NCBI GenBank assembly: GCA_965279515.1
Contig: CBDIID010000003.1
Location: 4,384,001 to 4,448,000 of the forward strand
Length of the DNA: 64,000 nt
DNA from: Turneriella sp.
Lineage (GTDB): Bacteria; Spirochaetota; Leptospiria; Turneriellales; Turneriellaceae
Reading direction: 5' to 3'
How positions within the stretch are numbered: position 1 is the first letter of the stretch; every line of letters starts with the position of its first letter. Of the stretch, positions 1 to 10,095 are shown in pieces. The position numbers and the translations under genes were made by a program. The notes below the pieces were generated by a model. That model ran no database searches, was not told the DNA's origin, and saw only the letters and a program-made list of their open reading frames with translations.

Positions 1-170
1 TAATTCTGGTAAAAACGTATCAACGGATTTGTTTCGGCGCGGCTCTGTTCATGCACATGCGGAATAGCATCCCCCGTGACGGGATGCGCCCGTGAAATAC
101 TCCACGGGTCTTCGGCGCACACCTGGCAGGTCACCGCAAGGGAAAAAATCGCCGTAAAGAGCCGCGGCAC
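1..170 (-). CDS. Partial CDS running off the left edge; possible YidD-like (membrane protein insertion efficiency factor) protein with signal peptide
   Basis: Manual translation from GTG at 170: VPRLFTAIFSLAVTCQVCAEDPW...NPLIRFYQN, open to the edge. LIRFYQ resembles the YidD N-terminal motif. Not in the ORF track because it is truncated. Confidence 0.4.
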   Translation of the reverse strand, partial: MPRLFTAIFSLAVTCQVCAEDPWSISRAHPVTGDAIPHVHEQSRAETNPLIRFYQN

Positions 171-269
171 CTGCGCAAGTTGCGTTCGTCAGCCGCCCGT
201 CAATGCTATAATAGGATAAATGACGCAACTCAGGATTCAATTTGGGTTGTAACTTTACCGATGATCTAA

Positions 270-941
270 ATGAGAGACTCTATGCTGCGCTTCACATTTG
301 CCGCTATTTTAGCCGTGATTATGTCACCCGCCCTAACGGCGGTGCCATTTTACTGGGAGGCAAAAACCGAAGAACCCGGTTTCACCATCGATGTTCCCTC
401 GCTCTGGAGCCAGGCATCGCGCGCGCGCGATAAGGTGGCGAATGTCCATTTTGAACGCAGGGATAAATCGGGTCGGGTAGCGATCGAAGTCAGGTCATAT
501 TCCTCTGAAAATACTGAAATCGACCAGCTCATACTGCAACTGCGCACCCGCCTGGCGGTGAAATACGACCGTGTTTTTCTCGTGAAGAGAAAAGAGCTCG
601 GTTTCCGCAAGGGTATTGAAAAGCAGATTTGGAGTGCCCGCATCGGCAAAAAAGTCTATACGCTGACGACGGCTTTTGTGGTCGCCGAAGACAAAGTCCT
701 CCAGCTGATCTGTGTTTCGCCGGTTAGCCGCCAGAAAGAATATGAGTTCGTTTTCGACAATGCACTTCTCTCGCTCGATTTCTCCGACGGCCGGCCTGAA
801 GGCGAAGGCAAAACTGAGGCTCCGGCAGCCGCCGAGGCACCAGCCGCAGCCGCACCAGCGGTAGCTCCGGCAGCGCCTGCAGTTCCCGGTGCTACTGCAC
901 CGGCGGCGGCAAAACCGAAACCGCCTAAAATTGAGTTTTAA
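270..941 (+). CDS. Hypothetical exported protein with Pro/Ala-rich C-terminal tail
   Basis: 223-aa ORF with signal-peptide-like N-terminus (start may be 282) and low-complexity APAAA tail. Confidence 0.75.
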   Translation: MRDSMLRFTFAAILAVIMSPALTAVPFYWEAKTEEPGFTIDVPSLWSQASRARDKVANVHFERRDKSGRVAIEVRSYSSENTEIDQLILQLRTRLAVKYDRVFLVKRKELGFRKGIEKQIWSARIGKKVYTLTTAFVVAEDKVLQLICVSPVSRQKEYEFVFDNALLSLDFSDGRPEGEGKTEAPAAAEAPAAAAPAVAPAAPAVPGATAPAAAKPKPPKIEF

Positions 942-955
942 TTGTAAGGATAAGT

Positions 956-2074
956 ATGACAAACATCAAGAAACTCCTCGCGATTCTCGCCGCTACGGCC
1001 ATGGTCGCAGTTCTCGGCGTAACGCTTTCGGCGCAGGATAAACCCGCAGAGGCCGAAGCCGCACAGGCGCCTGAAGAGGGCGATGACCTGGGCGCTTTGG
1101 GAAAAGAGCTCTCAGACCTGTGGGGTGAAAAAGCCTGCGTCGCCGAACAGGCGAGCAAGTATGAAGAACCGGTGATCTCCATTGCCTGCGACGCAGAATA
1201 CACGAGCGCCGAGCGCGATAAATTTCTGGATTTCCTCTTTAAAAAGGGCTTTGCCTTCCGCGGCGAGTCTTATGATATCAAGGGAACGACCGGGCACTAT
1301 TGGTATAAATTTGATAAGAAGGATGGCTCGCGGAGCCGACCTGTCTTTGTCCGCCTGCATATCACAAGCCAGGGGCCACTTTGGGGTGCTGCAAGACAAC
1401 CTGCGCAGATCGCCGTTTATGTGGATTACCTCGCCACTGCCGACGAACTGACCGCCTGGCAGACACTCGGCATTCCCTTAACGTTTGGCCTTAAGGCAGC
1501 TGAAGGCGCCAAAGAACTCGCCCAGCAGATCGAAGAGTACAAACAGGAATCCTGGCTGGCCCTCGACCTTAAATCCGGCACTTTTTCAGAACCCGATCAG
1601 AGCGCGTCGGTGCGCGACATCGTCGAACAGGACCTGATCGGCCCGCATATCAAAGCTTCGCTCGAACAGACGGGCGATGTCTGGGGTTTTGTCGTGCGTG
1701 ACCTGAATAACGTTACGACCACGGTCGCCTCGGCGCGCGCGGTCTTTACAGCCATGAAAGCCGAGGGGAAATCCTTCGTGTTGCTGCCGGCGCGTTACAA
1801 TAAAGCACTGACGACGACTGCGAATGTAATGAACATGAACCACCGCCGCGTGACATACGACATGGCAGCGATGTGTAATAAAGAACCGGGTAAAATCTGG
1901 GCCTACCTGAAAAGCAAGGCGGGCTCGGGCGGTATCATCGCGCGTTTCCCGGCGAGTTACAAAAAGTGTGCCCATCGCCTCAGCCGCACGCTGAAACGCG
2001 ACGGCAGGGCAGAGTTCAAGACCCTCAGCAGCTTCTTTGGTTATAAAGCCACAGCGCCCGGCAAGGGCGAATAA
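956..2074 (+). CDS. Exported protein with degenerate divergent polysaccharide deacetylase (YibQ-like) domain
   Basis: SD AAGGA upstream; signal peptide; IAVYVDY...LGIPLTFGL...QESWLALDL resembles IAIVIDD...LPLTFAVL...HEVLLHLPM but lacks the Asp/His ligands. Confidence 0.55.
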   Translation: MTNIKKLLAILAATAMVAVLGVTLSAQDKPAEAEAAQAPEEGDDLGALGKELSDLWGEKACVAEQASKYEEPVISIACDAEYTSAERDKFLDFLFKKGFAFRGESYDIKGTTGHYWYKFDKKDGSRSRPVFVRLHITSQGPLWGAARQPAQIAVYVDYLATADELTAWQTLGIPLTFGLKAAEGAKELAQQIEEYKQESWLALDLKSGTFSEPDQSASVRDIVEQDLIGPHIKASLEQTGDVWGFVVRDLNNVTTTVASARAVFTAMKAEGKSFVLLPARYNKALTTTANVMNMNHRRVTYDMAAMCNKEPGKIWAYLKSKAGSGGIIARFPASYKKCAHRLSRTLKRDGRAEFKTLSSFFGYKATAPGKGE

Positions 2075-2077
2075 CTA

Positions 2078-2105
2078 AACTGCCCGGAAGAAATCCCGGG
2101 TAGTT
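2078..2105. terminator. Hairpin between convergent genes (probable terminator)
   Basis: AACTGCCCGG-N8-CCGGGTAGTT between stops at 2074 (+) and 2117 (-); no clear U-tract. Confidence 0.55.
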
Positions 2106-2116
2106 GATCAAGATCT

Positions 2117-3562
2117 TTAGAGATTATTACAAGAGCTGCTGTTGCGGCACTTTCTGACATCCATCACAGCCTTTTCATTGATCAGTGCCATCTCGCCCGC
2201 GGCATTCTGTACGGCCCAGGTAACGGCGTTTTTCCATACACCCTGATTGCTTGTCGTCAGCTTGTCGTATCCCGAGCGCATACGGATGTGGTAGGTATAG
2301 AATGCCTGTTCGATGATGATTTTATGCACATTGCCCGGGGGCAGGTTGTAACGATTTTGTTTGCCGTTGAGGTAGGCCTGTAAGTTCGCATAACCGGGGC
2401 ACTCACCGGTATAATTCCGGCTTTCGTAGTTCTTATCGTCATCGCAGGTACCGATGTTACGCGTGCCATAGTGGTCGTCGGCAAAGCTCTCGTAGTCAGA
2501 GTGATTGTAACCGCTGGTAATCCAAATGTGCGACTGCTGCGTGACGTCGCCGGCGTAATGGTTGGCGAGCGCATAATAAAGAATCTGATCGCCGGTTGCG
2601 GTATAATATCTGCCCTGAATAGCGGCGTTTTGCAGGCTGTGGTCCCGGCTGCTTAATCCCTCAAGCCATGCTTCATTAAAATAGAATGTCGCGGCATTGT
2701 ACGCAGGTTCGAAAATTGCCCAGTCCTCATTGCCGGTAAAGAAACTCAGCGCATTTCCCGCTGCCCCGCCTGGAACTGTATTGGGGAATTGGAAGGTACC
2801 ACCGTATTCCGAACCTTTGTCGGGGCAGGCGCCGATAACAGCAGTGTCGCTGTAACAGTTGTAGTTTGTGCCGTCGTCCGTACCGAGCTGCTTCGAACCG
2901 CGGGGTGTTCCCAGCGGTGTGGTAGAGCCATTCTGCTGATAATCCACAATCGGATTTGTCTGCATCGGTGTGGCAGCTGTCGTCCACTCGGCGCAGCTTG
3001 AATCCGTGCAGCCAGGGATGTTGATGGTAAACGGTGCGGAACCGAAACCCGTGGCTATCAGAGAATCGACGCTGCCGAATTCCTGAAAACCATAGGTGCC
3101 GTTGTAGCCATAACCATCAATGGTATTGTAATTGTTTGTCACGAGCGGATCGCCGCTGGAATCTGTAAATTTCAGGTTGATGAAGTGCGTATAGGTTGTG
3201 ATGTTATTGCCAAAGGCGCTCCAGCTGAAGAAGAACAAATGGTCGATAAAATTATCTTGCAGGTAGTCAATCTTGACCCCGCCGACGCGGTGAATGCCGA
3301 TCGCCCCGCATTGTGTGTTGTCACCTGCGCTCATCGCATCAGGCGTATAGTTAATATTGACGCAGGTGCCGCTGTAGCGCCCGCCCGCTTTGGCCTTCAG
3401 GTAATCTGCAGCCCAGCGCATCTGGTTTGAACCCTGAAATTCCATATAGAGGAAAGATTCTTCAGGCAGGTTTTTGTGCACCTTGTCCCAGAACGCCGCT
3501 ACCGGTGTCAGGGCCGCTGTAAGAAACAGGATGCAGGCGGTTTTCAGGCACTTACGGTACAT
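2117..3562 (-). CDS. Secreted Zn-dependent phospholipase C / P1-S1 nuclease-fold enzyme
   Basis: Signal peptide followed by FWDKVH, then HYAGDVTQQSH and HSDYESFAD, the tri-Zn ligand pattern of the PLC/P1 superfamily. Confidence 0.75.
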   Translation of the reverse strand: MYRKCLKTACILFLTAALTPVAAFWDKVHKNLPEESFLYMEFQGSNQMRWAADYLKAKAGGRYSGTCVNINYTPDAMSAGDNTQCGAIGIHRVGGVKIDYLQDNFIDHLFFFSWSAFGNNITTYTHFINLKFTDSSGDPLVTNNYNTIDGYGYNGTYGFQEFGSVDSLIATGFGSAPFTINIPGCTDSSCAEWTTAATPMQTNPIVDYQQNGSTTPLGTPRGSKQLGTDDGTNYNCYSDTAVIGACPDKGSEYGGTFQFPNTVPGGAAGNALSFFTGNEDWAIFEPAYNAATFYFNEAWLEGLSSRDHSLQNAAIQGRYYTATGDQILYYALANHYAGDVTQQSHIWITSGYNHSDYESFADDHYGTRNIGTCDDDKNYESRNYTGECPGYANLQAYLNGKQNRYNLPPGNVHKIIIEQAFYTYHIRMRSGYDKLTTSNQGVWKNAVTWAVQNAAGEMALINEKAVMDVRKCRNSSSCNNL

Positions 3563-4307
3563 TCTGTACCTCGACCGAGAACTGACCGTTCTGGATCGGT
3601 GTTTTGACCGCCGGGCTCAATCCCTCGTTATAGACCACAACGCCGCCAAACGAACCCGTGAGTTGCGTCAGCTTGCCATTCACCACGGTCGGGGTAATCC
3701 GTACAACCAGCGTGGTATCACGGTATTTATTTTCGCGCATCACGCCGTCGCCCGAACGGATACGTTCATCGCGCGATTTGCCTACCCATGTCGGGCCGTG
3801 TTTTTTGTATTCGACGCGGATTTTCTTACGTTTCTGCCTGCGTTCTTTCATCAGGCGATAACACAACTCGCTATGGCGGAAGTGTTCGCGGCATTCATGG
3901 ATGCGCTGTTCGGGGCGGTCTTCGGGATCGTCTTCGAAGCCTCCCGTGTCGACATCTTCTCTTTTGTGATATTGAATAAAATTGTCGCGGGCCAGCGTCA
4001 CGTGCGGAGCAAGCGTATAGACACCCTTGTTGCTCATCAGTACCAGCGAAACCGGATTATATTCCGATGAGATTTCCTGTACTGAGTCCAGAGCCCCCTG
4101 CGGGAGTTCGGCAGTAATGGCAAACATGGCTTTTGCCGTCAGGTCTTTGACACCAATGATCAGCTGGGTTTTGCCGTTTTTGTTGGTGATAACTGCGTGG
4201 CCGCCGGTTAACGAATAGTTACGCCCGGCAATACGGAATGATACACCGGATTCGGCATACGCGAAACCGGTGAGTGCAAAAACCGTAACCCAAACTAATC
4301 GGCGCAT
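3552..4307 (-). CDS. Hypothetical exported protein
   Basis: 251-aa ORF, signal peptide (..GFAYA), SD AAGG, overlaps the next gene by 11 nt. Confidence 0.75.
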   Translation of the reverse strand: MRRLVWVTVFALTGFAYAESGVSFRIAGRNYSLTGGHAVITNKNGKTQLIIGVKDLTAKAMFAITAELPQGALDSVQEISSEYNPVSLVLMSNKGVYTLAPHVTLARDNFIQYHKREDVDTGGFEDDPEDRPEQRIHECREHFRHSELCYRLMKERRQKRKKIRVEYKKHGPTWVGKSRDERIRSGDGVMRENKYRDTTLVVRITPTVVNGKLTQLTGSFGGVVVYNEGLSPAVKTPIQNGQFSVEVQNVP

Positions 4308-4389
4308 ACTACCTTATACAGTAATAGCAGCAAAAAGGTTACTGGCGCCAGTTTAATAGCGAACAAATGTATTCTATAATCACAATCGT

Positions 4390-7300
4390 TCACCATCCGG
4401 TATTCGTGGCATTGGGCGTGAGTACTAGCGGCGCAGATGAAGTGCTGGCTGTCAGGTGCTTCCAGCCTGCCTTACCCGCGTTACGGATAGCTCCCAAGTC
4501 TGCGGCGGCGCGGCTTACGCCACCATCTGAGGCCGAACATGAATAGGCCGTATTTTCCGCAGTGCTGGCATCCGAAGAGACGCAGATACCGGTGAGCTGC
4601 GTCACCCTGTCGTTTAGTCCGAATACGGGCCGCTCCGGCATTGGCCAGAAAGATTGCAGGTTGTTATAGAAGTGGGTTAGCGGGCCGACCACCATCTGCT
4701 GCGTCAGGGTGCCGTCACGGTCCGTATAGTACAGGGCATCCTGGATGCCTTTATAGGGCAGGCTGCACTCGGCCTTCGTCGTATCGACAGTGTCGTTTTC
4801 ACCGGTGGCGCAATAGGTAAGAATAAACGTGCCGTCGGTACCGTCAAAGCCGGCGGTGTCGCGCAGGCTGATCGCCATCGGAAAAGTCAAAGTTCCGCTC
4901 GTGCGGTCGGGTTGAATAAACGCGGCCTGCGCAATGCCGACAGACAGGATCGTGCCGGCAGGCGTATACATATCGCTGAACTCATAGACCAGGCGGAGCT
5001 CCTCGTCGTTATAATAATAGAGTTTCAGGCCGCGCGTTGTTCCCGCGCCGGTGATCTTGATCTCGGCCCAGTCTTTGGCACCGAATGTACCGACGCTGAC
5101 GCTGCCAGCAACGCGGACTTCATTAATAATTGCGGTGGCGAAAGCGCCGGCAGGGCCGTTGACATGGAGTACGCTGCCGCCCGCATTGCGGACTCCGGCG
5201 ACATCGCTGTCTTTGCACGTCGCGTTGGCTGTTACACTATAACGACAGGTGGGCGCGGTCATTAAATTTGTCGAGAGCGCAACGATGACCTGCGCGCTGC
5301 TGTTTCCCGCGGTGATTCCCGTGACTGTCGGCGCGCCGCAGCCACCCTGGGTCAGTGCAACCGAGATCTTGCTTGCAGCTCCGATACAGTTATTAACCGC
5401 ACTCGTCATATTGCTGTCGAAGGTCACTGCGATCTGGCTTGTTGAGATCGCCTCAACTTTCTTGATAACGGGATTCACTTCCGTGGCATAGATATACCCT
5501 GCAGATGAGTAGGTGCTAGCCGCTTTGGCGGTACAGCCATCAAATGAAGTTGTGCCATTAGAATCCTGGCGGCTGGTGCATGTGTAAGCAGCCCCGGTAC
5601 TATGCGAAAACCAGGCATCCGCCAAATTGCCGGAAACTACATTTGGGCAGGTCGGCAACGTTGCCGGCGGCCATGAGCCACCCGAGCCGGCACTGCAACC
5701 ACGGCGTTCCATCGATTGCGTAATCTTTGTGCCTGAAAAATCATCATAAACCCCGGCGGGCGCGGTGAAGCCGTCACCCGCTTCGTCGATCAGGTTCATC
5801 GCTTTATCGAAGAGGCGTATTTTAAAACTGGAATTCGAAATTTTAAAACCTTTTGTGCCTGAAAATTTGAAGTGTTCTGTCGACAGCGCGCCGCCGCTCG
5901 AGTTTCTGATCTCCCCACCCTGATCGTCATAGACGATTTGTTCGTCGGCGCCGGTATCGGCAAAGGCAGAAGGTTTGTTATTGTAAAAAAGGCGAATCTG
6001 TCCGGGGCAGATGACGTTGGGCTGCGGTGTCGCATAAGCTGCAAATCCCGAGCAGGACTGGCGATTTTCATAGTACCAGTTATAGTTATCGGGTATGGGG
6101 TAGAGGTTACGTTTGTCATTTGTGCCCCACTGTATCGCCCAATGGGAGACATCGATCGGGGCAGAACTGTTGTTCATGATTTCCACGAAATCATCAGTCT
6201 TATCGATGGTGCCGCCGTCCGATGCGCCACCCCAGCCGACTTCGGTGATGATGATGTCGCGCAGATTCGCGGTGTGGCCGTGCTTTACGACCTTGAGCGC
6301 CATGTCGTTGGCAATCCCCCAGGCGCCCTTCCATTGTTCGTAGATTGTATTCACTACACGTGCCTGGTTGACAATGATGACATTCTCGTCGTTATTATTG
6401 ATCGCGTTGTTCGACCAGTTAAACGAACCTGTGGCCATGCGCGCATTGGGTGTACCTGCGTCGACGAGTACGGTCTTGCAGTGCATCTTGCCGCCGTGTG
6501 CGGGGTTGTTCTTCACCGAGGTGTTTTCGTTGCCGTCCCAGCGCACGAAGGGGCCTGTCGGGTTCATCGAACCGTTGTTATTGAAACCCGCTGAATAGAG
6601 TTTGGGCGCTTCTTCTGAAACCCCGATGATAAATGTCGAGTCATGGATGCCATAGACGGGTATGCCCTTTTGCCGCGCCATCTTCACCATGGCGGCATCG
6701 AGCTCATCATGCGTGTTGGCAAAAATCATATAATGGATGCTGGTCGTCGCCGATTCAACCAGGTTGATGATGCGGTCCATGGCTTCGTCACCCTGGTATG
6801 GGGAAAAATAAAGTTCGAGTACGCTGTTGTTCATTACGACACTCGTCGTTGCATTGCGCTGGCGTTTCTGCGAGGCGAAGAGGCCGTTGTGCATCTGCAG
6901 AAATTCATCTTTGTAAAGTTTTACGATGGTGTCGTTCTGGATGATATACCAGTTGTTGTTGTTGCGCACCATGTCGGTATCGGAAATATTCCCCGTGCCC
7001 ATGAAGACGTATTTGTCGTCGACAACGGCGAATTTGTCGTGCTGAATGCCATTCGCGTTACCCAGTGTCATATTAATGTTGTTCACATACATCGACTGAT
7101 AGCCGCTGGTGTAGAATTCGTCGATGTCTCCGACAACGCGCACGTCAATATTGCGCTGGTATGCCCTGAGCACTGCCTGGACAACGGAGGTCTTGTTGAA
7201 GTTATAAACCGACAGATACATGTAACGTTCCGCGCCGTCGATGAGCTTTACCAGCTCGTCGTCGACCTTCTTATCGATCATTGTATCCTGGTCTTTGCCC

Positions 7301-7428
7301 GGTTCGGAAAAGAAGACGGAGAAACGTTCGCGGCCGTCACCGAGCCCGGGGTCGTTAAAACCCATTTTGCAGTGGATAAGGCTGAGCATAAGTAACGGCA
7401 AAAGGCTACGCGATAATTTTGCGATCAT
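4390..7428 (-). CDS. Phospholipase D/Nuc-family lipoprotein with lamin-tail (LTD) domain(s) and Ig-like stalk
   Basis: Lipobox-like LSLIHC; two HKD motifs (HDKFAVVD..GTGN, HCKTVLVD..GSFNWS); LTD signature IIITEV..DDFVEIMNNS..IDVSHWAI. Alternative start at 7452. Confidence 0.85.
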   Translation of the reverse strand: MIAKLSRSLLPLLMLSLIHCKMGFNDPGLGDGRERFSVFFSEPGKDQDTMIDKKVDDELVKLIDGAERYMYLSVYNFNKTSVVQAVLRAYQRNIDVRVVGDIDEFYTSGYQSMYVNNINMTLGNANGIQHDKFAVVDDKYVFMGTGNISDTDMVRNNNNWYIIQNDTIVKLYKDEFLQMHNGLFASQKRQRNATTSVVMNNSVLELYFSPYQGDEAMDRIINLVESATTSIHYMIFANTHDELDAAMVKMARQKGIPVYGIHDSTFIIGVSEEAPKLYSAGFNNNGSMNPTGPFVRWDGNENTSVKNNPAHGGKMHCKTVLVDAGTPNARMATGSFNWSNNAINNNDENVIIVNQARVVNTIYEQWKGAWGIANDMALKVVKHGHTANLRDIIITEVGWGGASDGGTIDKTDDFVEIMNNSSAPIDVSHWAIQWGTNDKRNLYPIPDNYNWYYENRQSCSGFAAYATPQPNVICPGQIRLFYNNKPSAFADTGADEQIVYDDQGGEIRNSSGGALSTEHFKFSGTKGFKISNSSFKIRLFDKAMNLIDEAGDGFTAPAGVYDDFSGTKITQSMERRGCSAGSGGSWPPATLPTCPNVVSGNLADAWFSHSTGAAYTCTSRQDSNGTTSFDGCTAKAASTYSSAGYIYATEVNPVIKKVEAISTSQIAVTFDSNMTSAVNNCIGAASKISVALTQGGCGAPTVTGITAGNSSAQVIVALSTNLMTAPTCRYSVTANATCKDSDVAGVRNAGGSVLHVNGPAGAFATAIINEVRVAGSVSVGTFGAKDWAEIKITGAGTTRGLKLYYYNDEELRLVYEFSDMYTPAGTILSVGIAQAAFIQPDRTSGTLTFPMAISLRDTAGFDGTDGTFILTYCATGENDTVDTTKAECSLPYKGIQDALYYTDRDGTLTQQMVVGPLTHFYNNLQSFWPMPERPVFGLNDRVTQLTGICVSSDASTAENTAYSCSASDGGVSRAAADLGAIRNAGKAGWKHLTASTSSAPLVLTPNATNTGW

Positions 7429-7498
7429 TGCTTTGTACTTCCGCAGGGGCACAATAACGCACCACCGGTAAACGATCAGGGTAAGTCCCTTACGGTGG

Positions 7499-9808
7499 TC
7501 AAATAAATTTTGTTATATGCCGGGCTTCGATATCGGTTAGCTTAGAAACGCCACAAACCTTCATGGTTTGCCTGAGTTCTGCAATGTAATATTGTAATAA
7601 CCTCATGACCCCGGCGCGGCCGTGGCCCACCGCCATGATGGCAATGGGCCGCCCAATGAGGATTGCATCTGCGCCCAACGCCAGCATACGAAAAATGTCG
7701 GCCCCCGAACGCACACCGCCGTCCGCTAAAACCTGTACGCGGGGAGCGTTGCGGCGAATAAAGGCGGCGATTTGCGGCAAGACCCGCGCCGTACCCGGCA
7801 TGCCGTCTAAGACACGGCCGCCATGGTTCGATACCGCAATCGCAGATGCACCGGCCTCGATGGCCGTGGCCGCGTCCTGTTCGGTCATGACACCCTTGAT
7901 GATGAACGGCAGTTTTGATACCGAGGCGAGCTCTCTCAGTTCGGCGAGGGACTTGTGCCGGGTTTCCGCGCTCTTCAAAACCATCGTTTTAAACGAGACG
8001 CCGTCGATATCCATGCCCCAACCGACGGCACCAGCTTTTTCAGCTTCCTGAATCCGGCGGATAAGTTCCGTTTGGTCGGTGCGCGGTTTGAAAATGGGTA
8101 TGCCGGTACCGAGCATTTCAATTGCGTGCAGGCCGGTCTTGTATTTATCCGCCGCCGCGCCGTCGCCGAAGGTTGGCATGAGGTTCAGGTGTTTCATCGC
8201 CGTGCCGGTTTCGAGAGCATAGTCGTATTCCGTGATGGATCCCCCCATGTTCGTCACGCTGCCGGTGATGGGAGCGGAAAAAACCGGCGCGAGGAGCTCC
8301 AGCCTGTCGTCATGGAAAAGACGAAATGTTGTGTCCGGTGCCTGCACTTTGTTTTCCACCGTCGTGTATGCAGGTGTAATTTTATACTCCGCGAGCGCGT
8401 TAAAATTATCGCGGAACGTATTCATGTCGCCGCGACCACCCATACCCGGTACGCCCGAGGCGCAGTATCCGCCGTCGCAGACCTTGCAGACCCAGCAGAA
8501 CTCATTGTTGAATTTTTCACGCGCTGTCTTCGCCATCGGCCGCGCATTATAGGCGGGAATTTTGCTTTCAAATGGCAGTTCAGTCTTCAGGCGATCGAAG
8601 ACGGCTTCGGCTGCAGCCAGCGTCGGTGAGTGGATGACAGAGTGGATGACCTTGCCGATGTTATTCTGCAGGTTTCCGACAGTGTCTCCCTCTTTGTAAT
8701 TGCAGATGATTTCTTTGAGGCCATCGGCGGCATATTTTTCCTTCAAGGCCGCGAGTTTTTCCGTGGTGGGTAATCCCACAAGTTCGCCGGGGTCGGCATA
8801 GAGCGAGCGCTCGATGGCGATACCTTCGGTTCTAAGGGCCGTCGCATAATCAGGCACGACGGAAGCGTCGCGCAGCATCAGGCGCGCAAACATCTGCATG
8901 AGGCTCTTGCCATGTGCGGCTTTGTACGTGTGCGTGCTCATGAAGCCGCCCGAGAGCCGGCCGGCAATTTCGCCGATGACGATGTCGCCCTTCGGCGTCA
9001 GGCGCAGATCGCCCTTGAGCGCGCCGTGGTAAGGTTTGTCCGCGAGCGTCGAGAGTGAATCGGCATAAGATTGCATGGTCTTCAGGATCTTCGAATACTC
9101 TTCTGCGGAAAAATTTCCCGGCAGTGTGTGGCCGTTCTCGATAAAAAAATGGCGGTCCTTGATTTCGATGAGGCGATCGGCAACGCCGGTCAAAAATACT
9201 TTGCCTTCGAAGCAGAGCGCATCGACCGAGATTTCGCGCGCGGGCACGAAATGTTCGAGAATGACTTCGCCATTTTTATCGGCATGGGCAGAAAACTCAA
9301 AAGCAAACGCCAACTCTTCCGCCGACCTGAGGTACATGACCCCGCGCGCGCCCATGTTCTGTACCGGTTTGATGACAAAACCTTCTGCCGAGGGGTTTTG
9401 TTTTGCCCAGTTTTCGCAATCCTGCTTTTTGGTGGCGTATGTATACGCCGGGTGAGGGTGCCCATGTGCACGGCAGAAGTCGCGCATTTTGCCCTTGTGT
9501 GTCAGCACAATGCCCTGGGCAGTATTGAGTCCCGGAAGATCCAGCGCATCGTTGACACGCCCCACGATATGTGAAAAATCCGTGGCGAGAGTACAGACAA
9601 AGGCCAGCTTGTCGCGCATGGGTCTGAGCTCGGCGATAACCTTTTCCGCATCGGCGATCTGTACCTCGCGGAATTCGTCGGCATCATAACGCGCGAAGGC
9701 GTTGTTGTCCTGGTCGAGCGCAACCACGCGCAGCCCCATTTGTTTCGCCTCGCGGATGAACGGTTGTTGCAGGCGGCCGGCGCCGAGAATGGCAACGGTT
9801 GCGGGCAT
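7499..9808 (-). CDS. Fusion: N-terminal ATP-grasp ligase plus C-terminal FMN-dependent alpha-hydroxy-acid dehydrogenase
   Basis: ILGAGRLQ, VIKPVQNMGARGV and GEIAGRLSGG (ATP-grasp); CWVCKVCDGGYC..PGMGG, SNHGGRVLD and DGGVRSGAD (FMN hydroxy-acid DH). Confidence 0.85.
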   Translation of the reverse strand: MPATVAILGAGRLQQPFIREAKQMGLRVVALDQDNNAFARYDADEFREVQIADAEKVIAELRPMRDKLAFVCTLATDFSHIVGRVNDALDLPGLNTAQGIVLTHKGKMRDFCRAHGHPHPAYTYATKKQDCENWAKQNPSAEGFVIKPVQNMGARGVMYLRSAEELAFAFEFSAHADKNGEVILEHFVPAREISVDALCFEGKVFLTGVADRLIEIKDRHFFIENGHTLPGNFSAEEYSKILKTMQSYADSLSTLADKPYHGALKGDLRLTPKGDIVIGEIAGRLSGGFMSTHTYKAAHGKSLMQMFARLMLRDASVVPDYATALRTEGIAIERSLYADPGELVGLPTTEKLAALKEKYAADGLKEIICNYKEGDTVGNLQNNIGKVIHSVIHSPTLAAAEAVFDRLKTELPFESKIPAYNARPMAKTAREKFNNEFCWVCKVCDGGYCASGVPGMGGRGDMNTFRDNFNALAEYKITPAYTTVENKVQAPDTTFRLFHDDRLELLAPVFSAPITGSVTNMGGSITEYDYALETGTAMKHLNLMPTFGDGAAADKYKTGLHAIEMLGTGIPIFKPRTDQTELIRRIQEAEKAGAVGWGMDIDGVSFKTMVLKSAETRHKSLAELRELASVSKLPFIIKGVMTEQDAATAIEAGASAIAVSNHGGRVLDGMPGTARVLPQIAAFIRRNAPRVQVLADGGVRSGADIFRMLALGADAILIGRPIAIMAVGHGRAGVMRLLQYYIAELRQTMKVCGVSKLTDIEARHITKFI

Positions 9809-10077
9809 TAGGCTTGAGGGGGCGCCTCGGCGCGCTCGATCACAAAGGAGTGCATGCCTGCATCGGTTTCGGGTTTGATCGCTGCGAGAATTTTACGGTG
9901 GATCGCCATCGTCGCCATACCCCTGAAATTTTCATCGCTGATTTGCAGGCGGTAATGTGTTTCACCGTCAAAACCATGCAAATGGCCGGCATGGTCAGCG
10001 GAGTCATCAAAGATCCGGAAAGCTGCCGCCGGGAACGCCTGGCGTAAAAGCTGAGCGAGTCGGTCGTGCCGGTTCAT
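9808..10077 (-). CDS. bolA: BolA family protein
   Basis: DDSADHAGH...ETHYRLQISDENFRGM...IHRKI...GMHS. Confidence 0.85.
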   Translation of the reverse strand: MNRHDRLAQLLRQAFPAAAFRIFDDSADHAGHLHGFDGETHYRLQISDENFRGMATMAIHRKILAAIKPETDAGMHSFVIERAEAPPQA

Positions 10078-10095
10078 ATTTCCTTATCGGATTTT

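Noticed and set aside
820..935. GCA/CCG-rich repeat
   Set aside because: Low-complexity Pro/Ala coding linker
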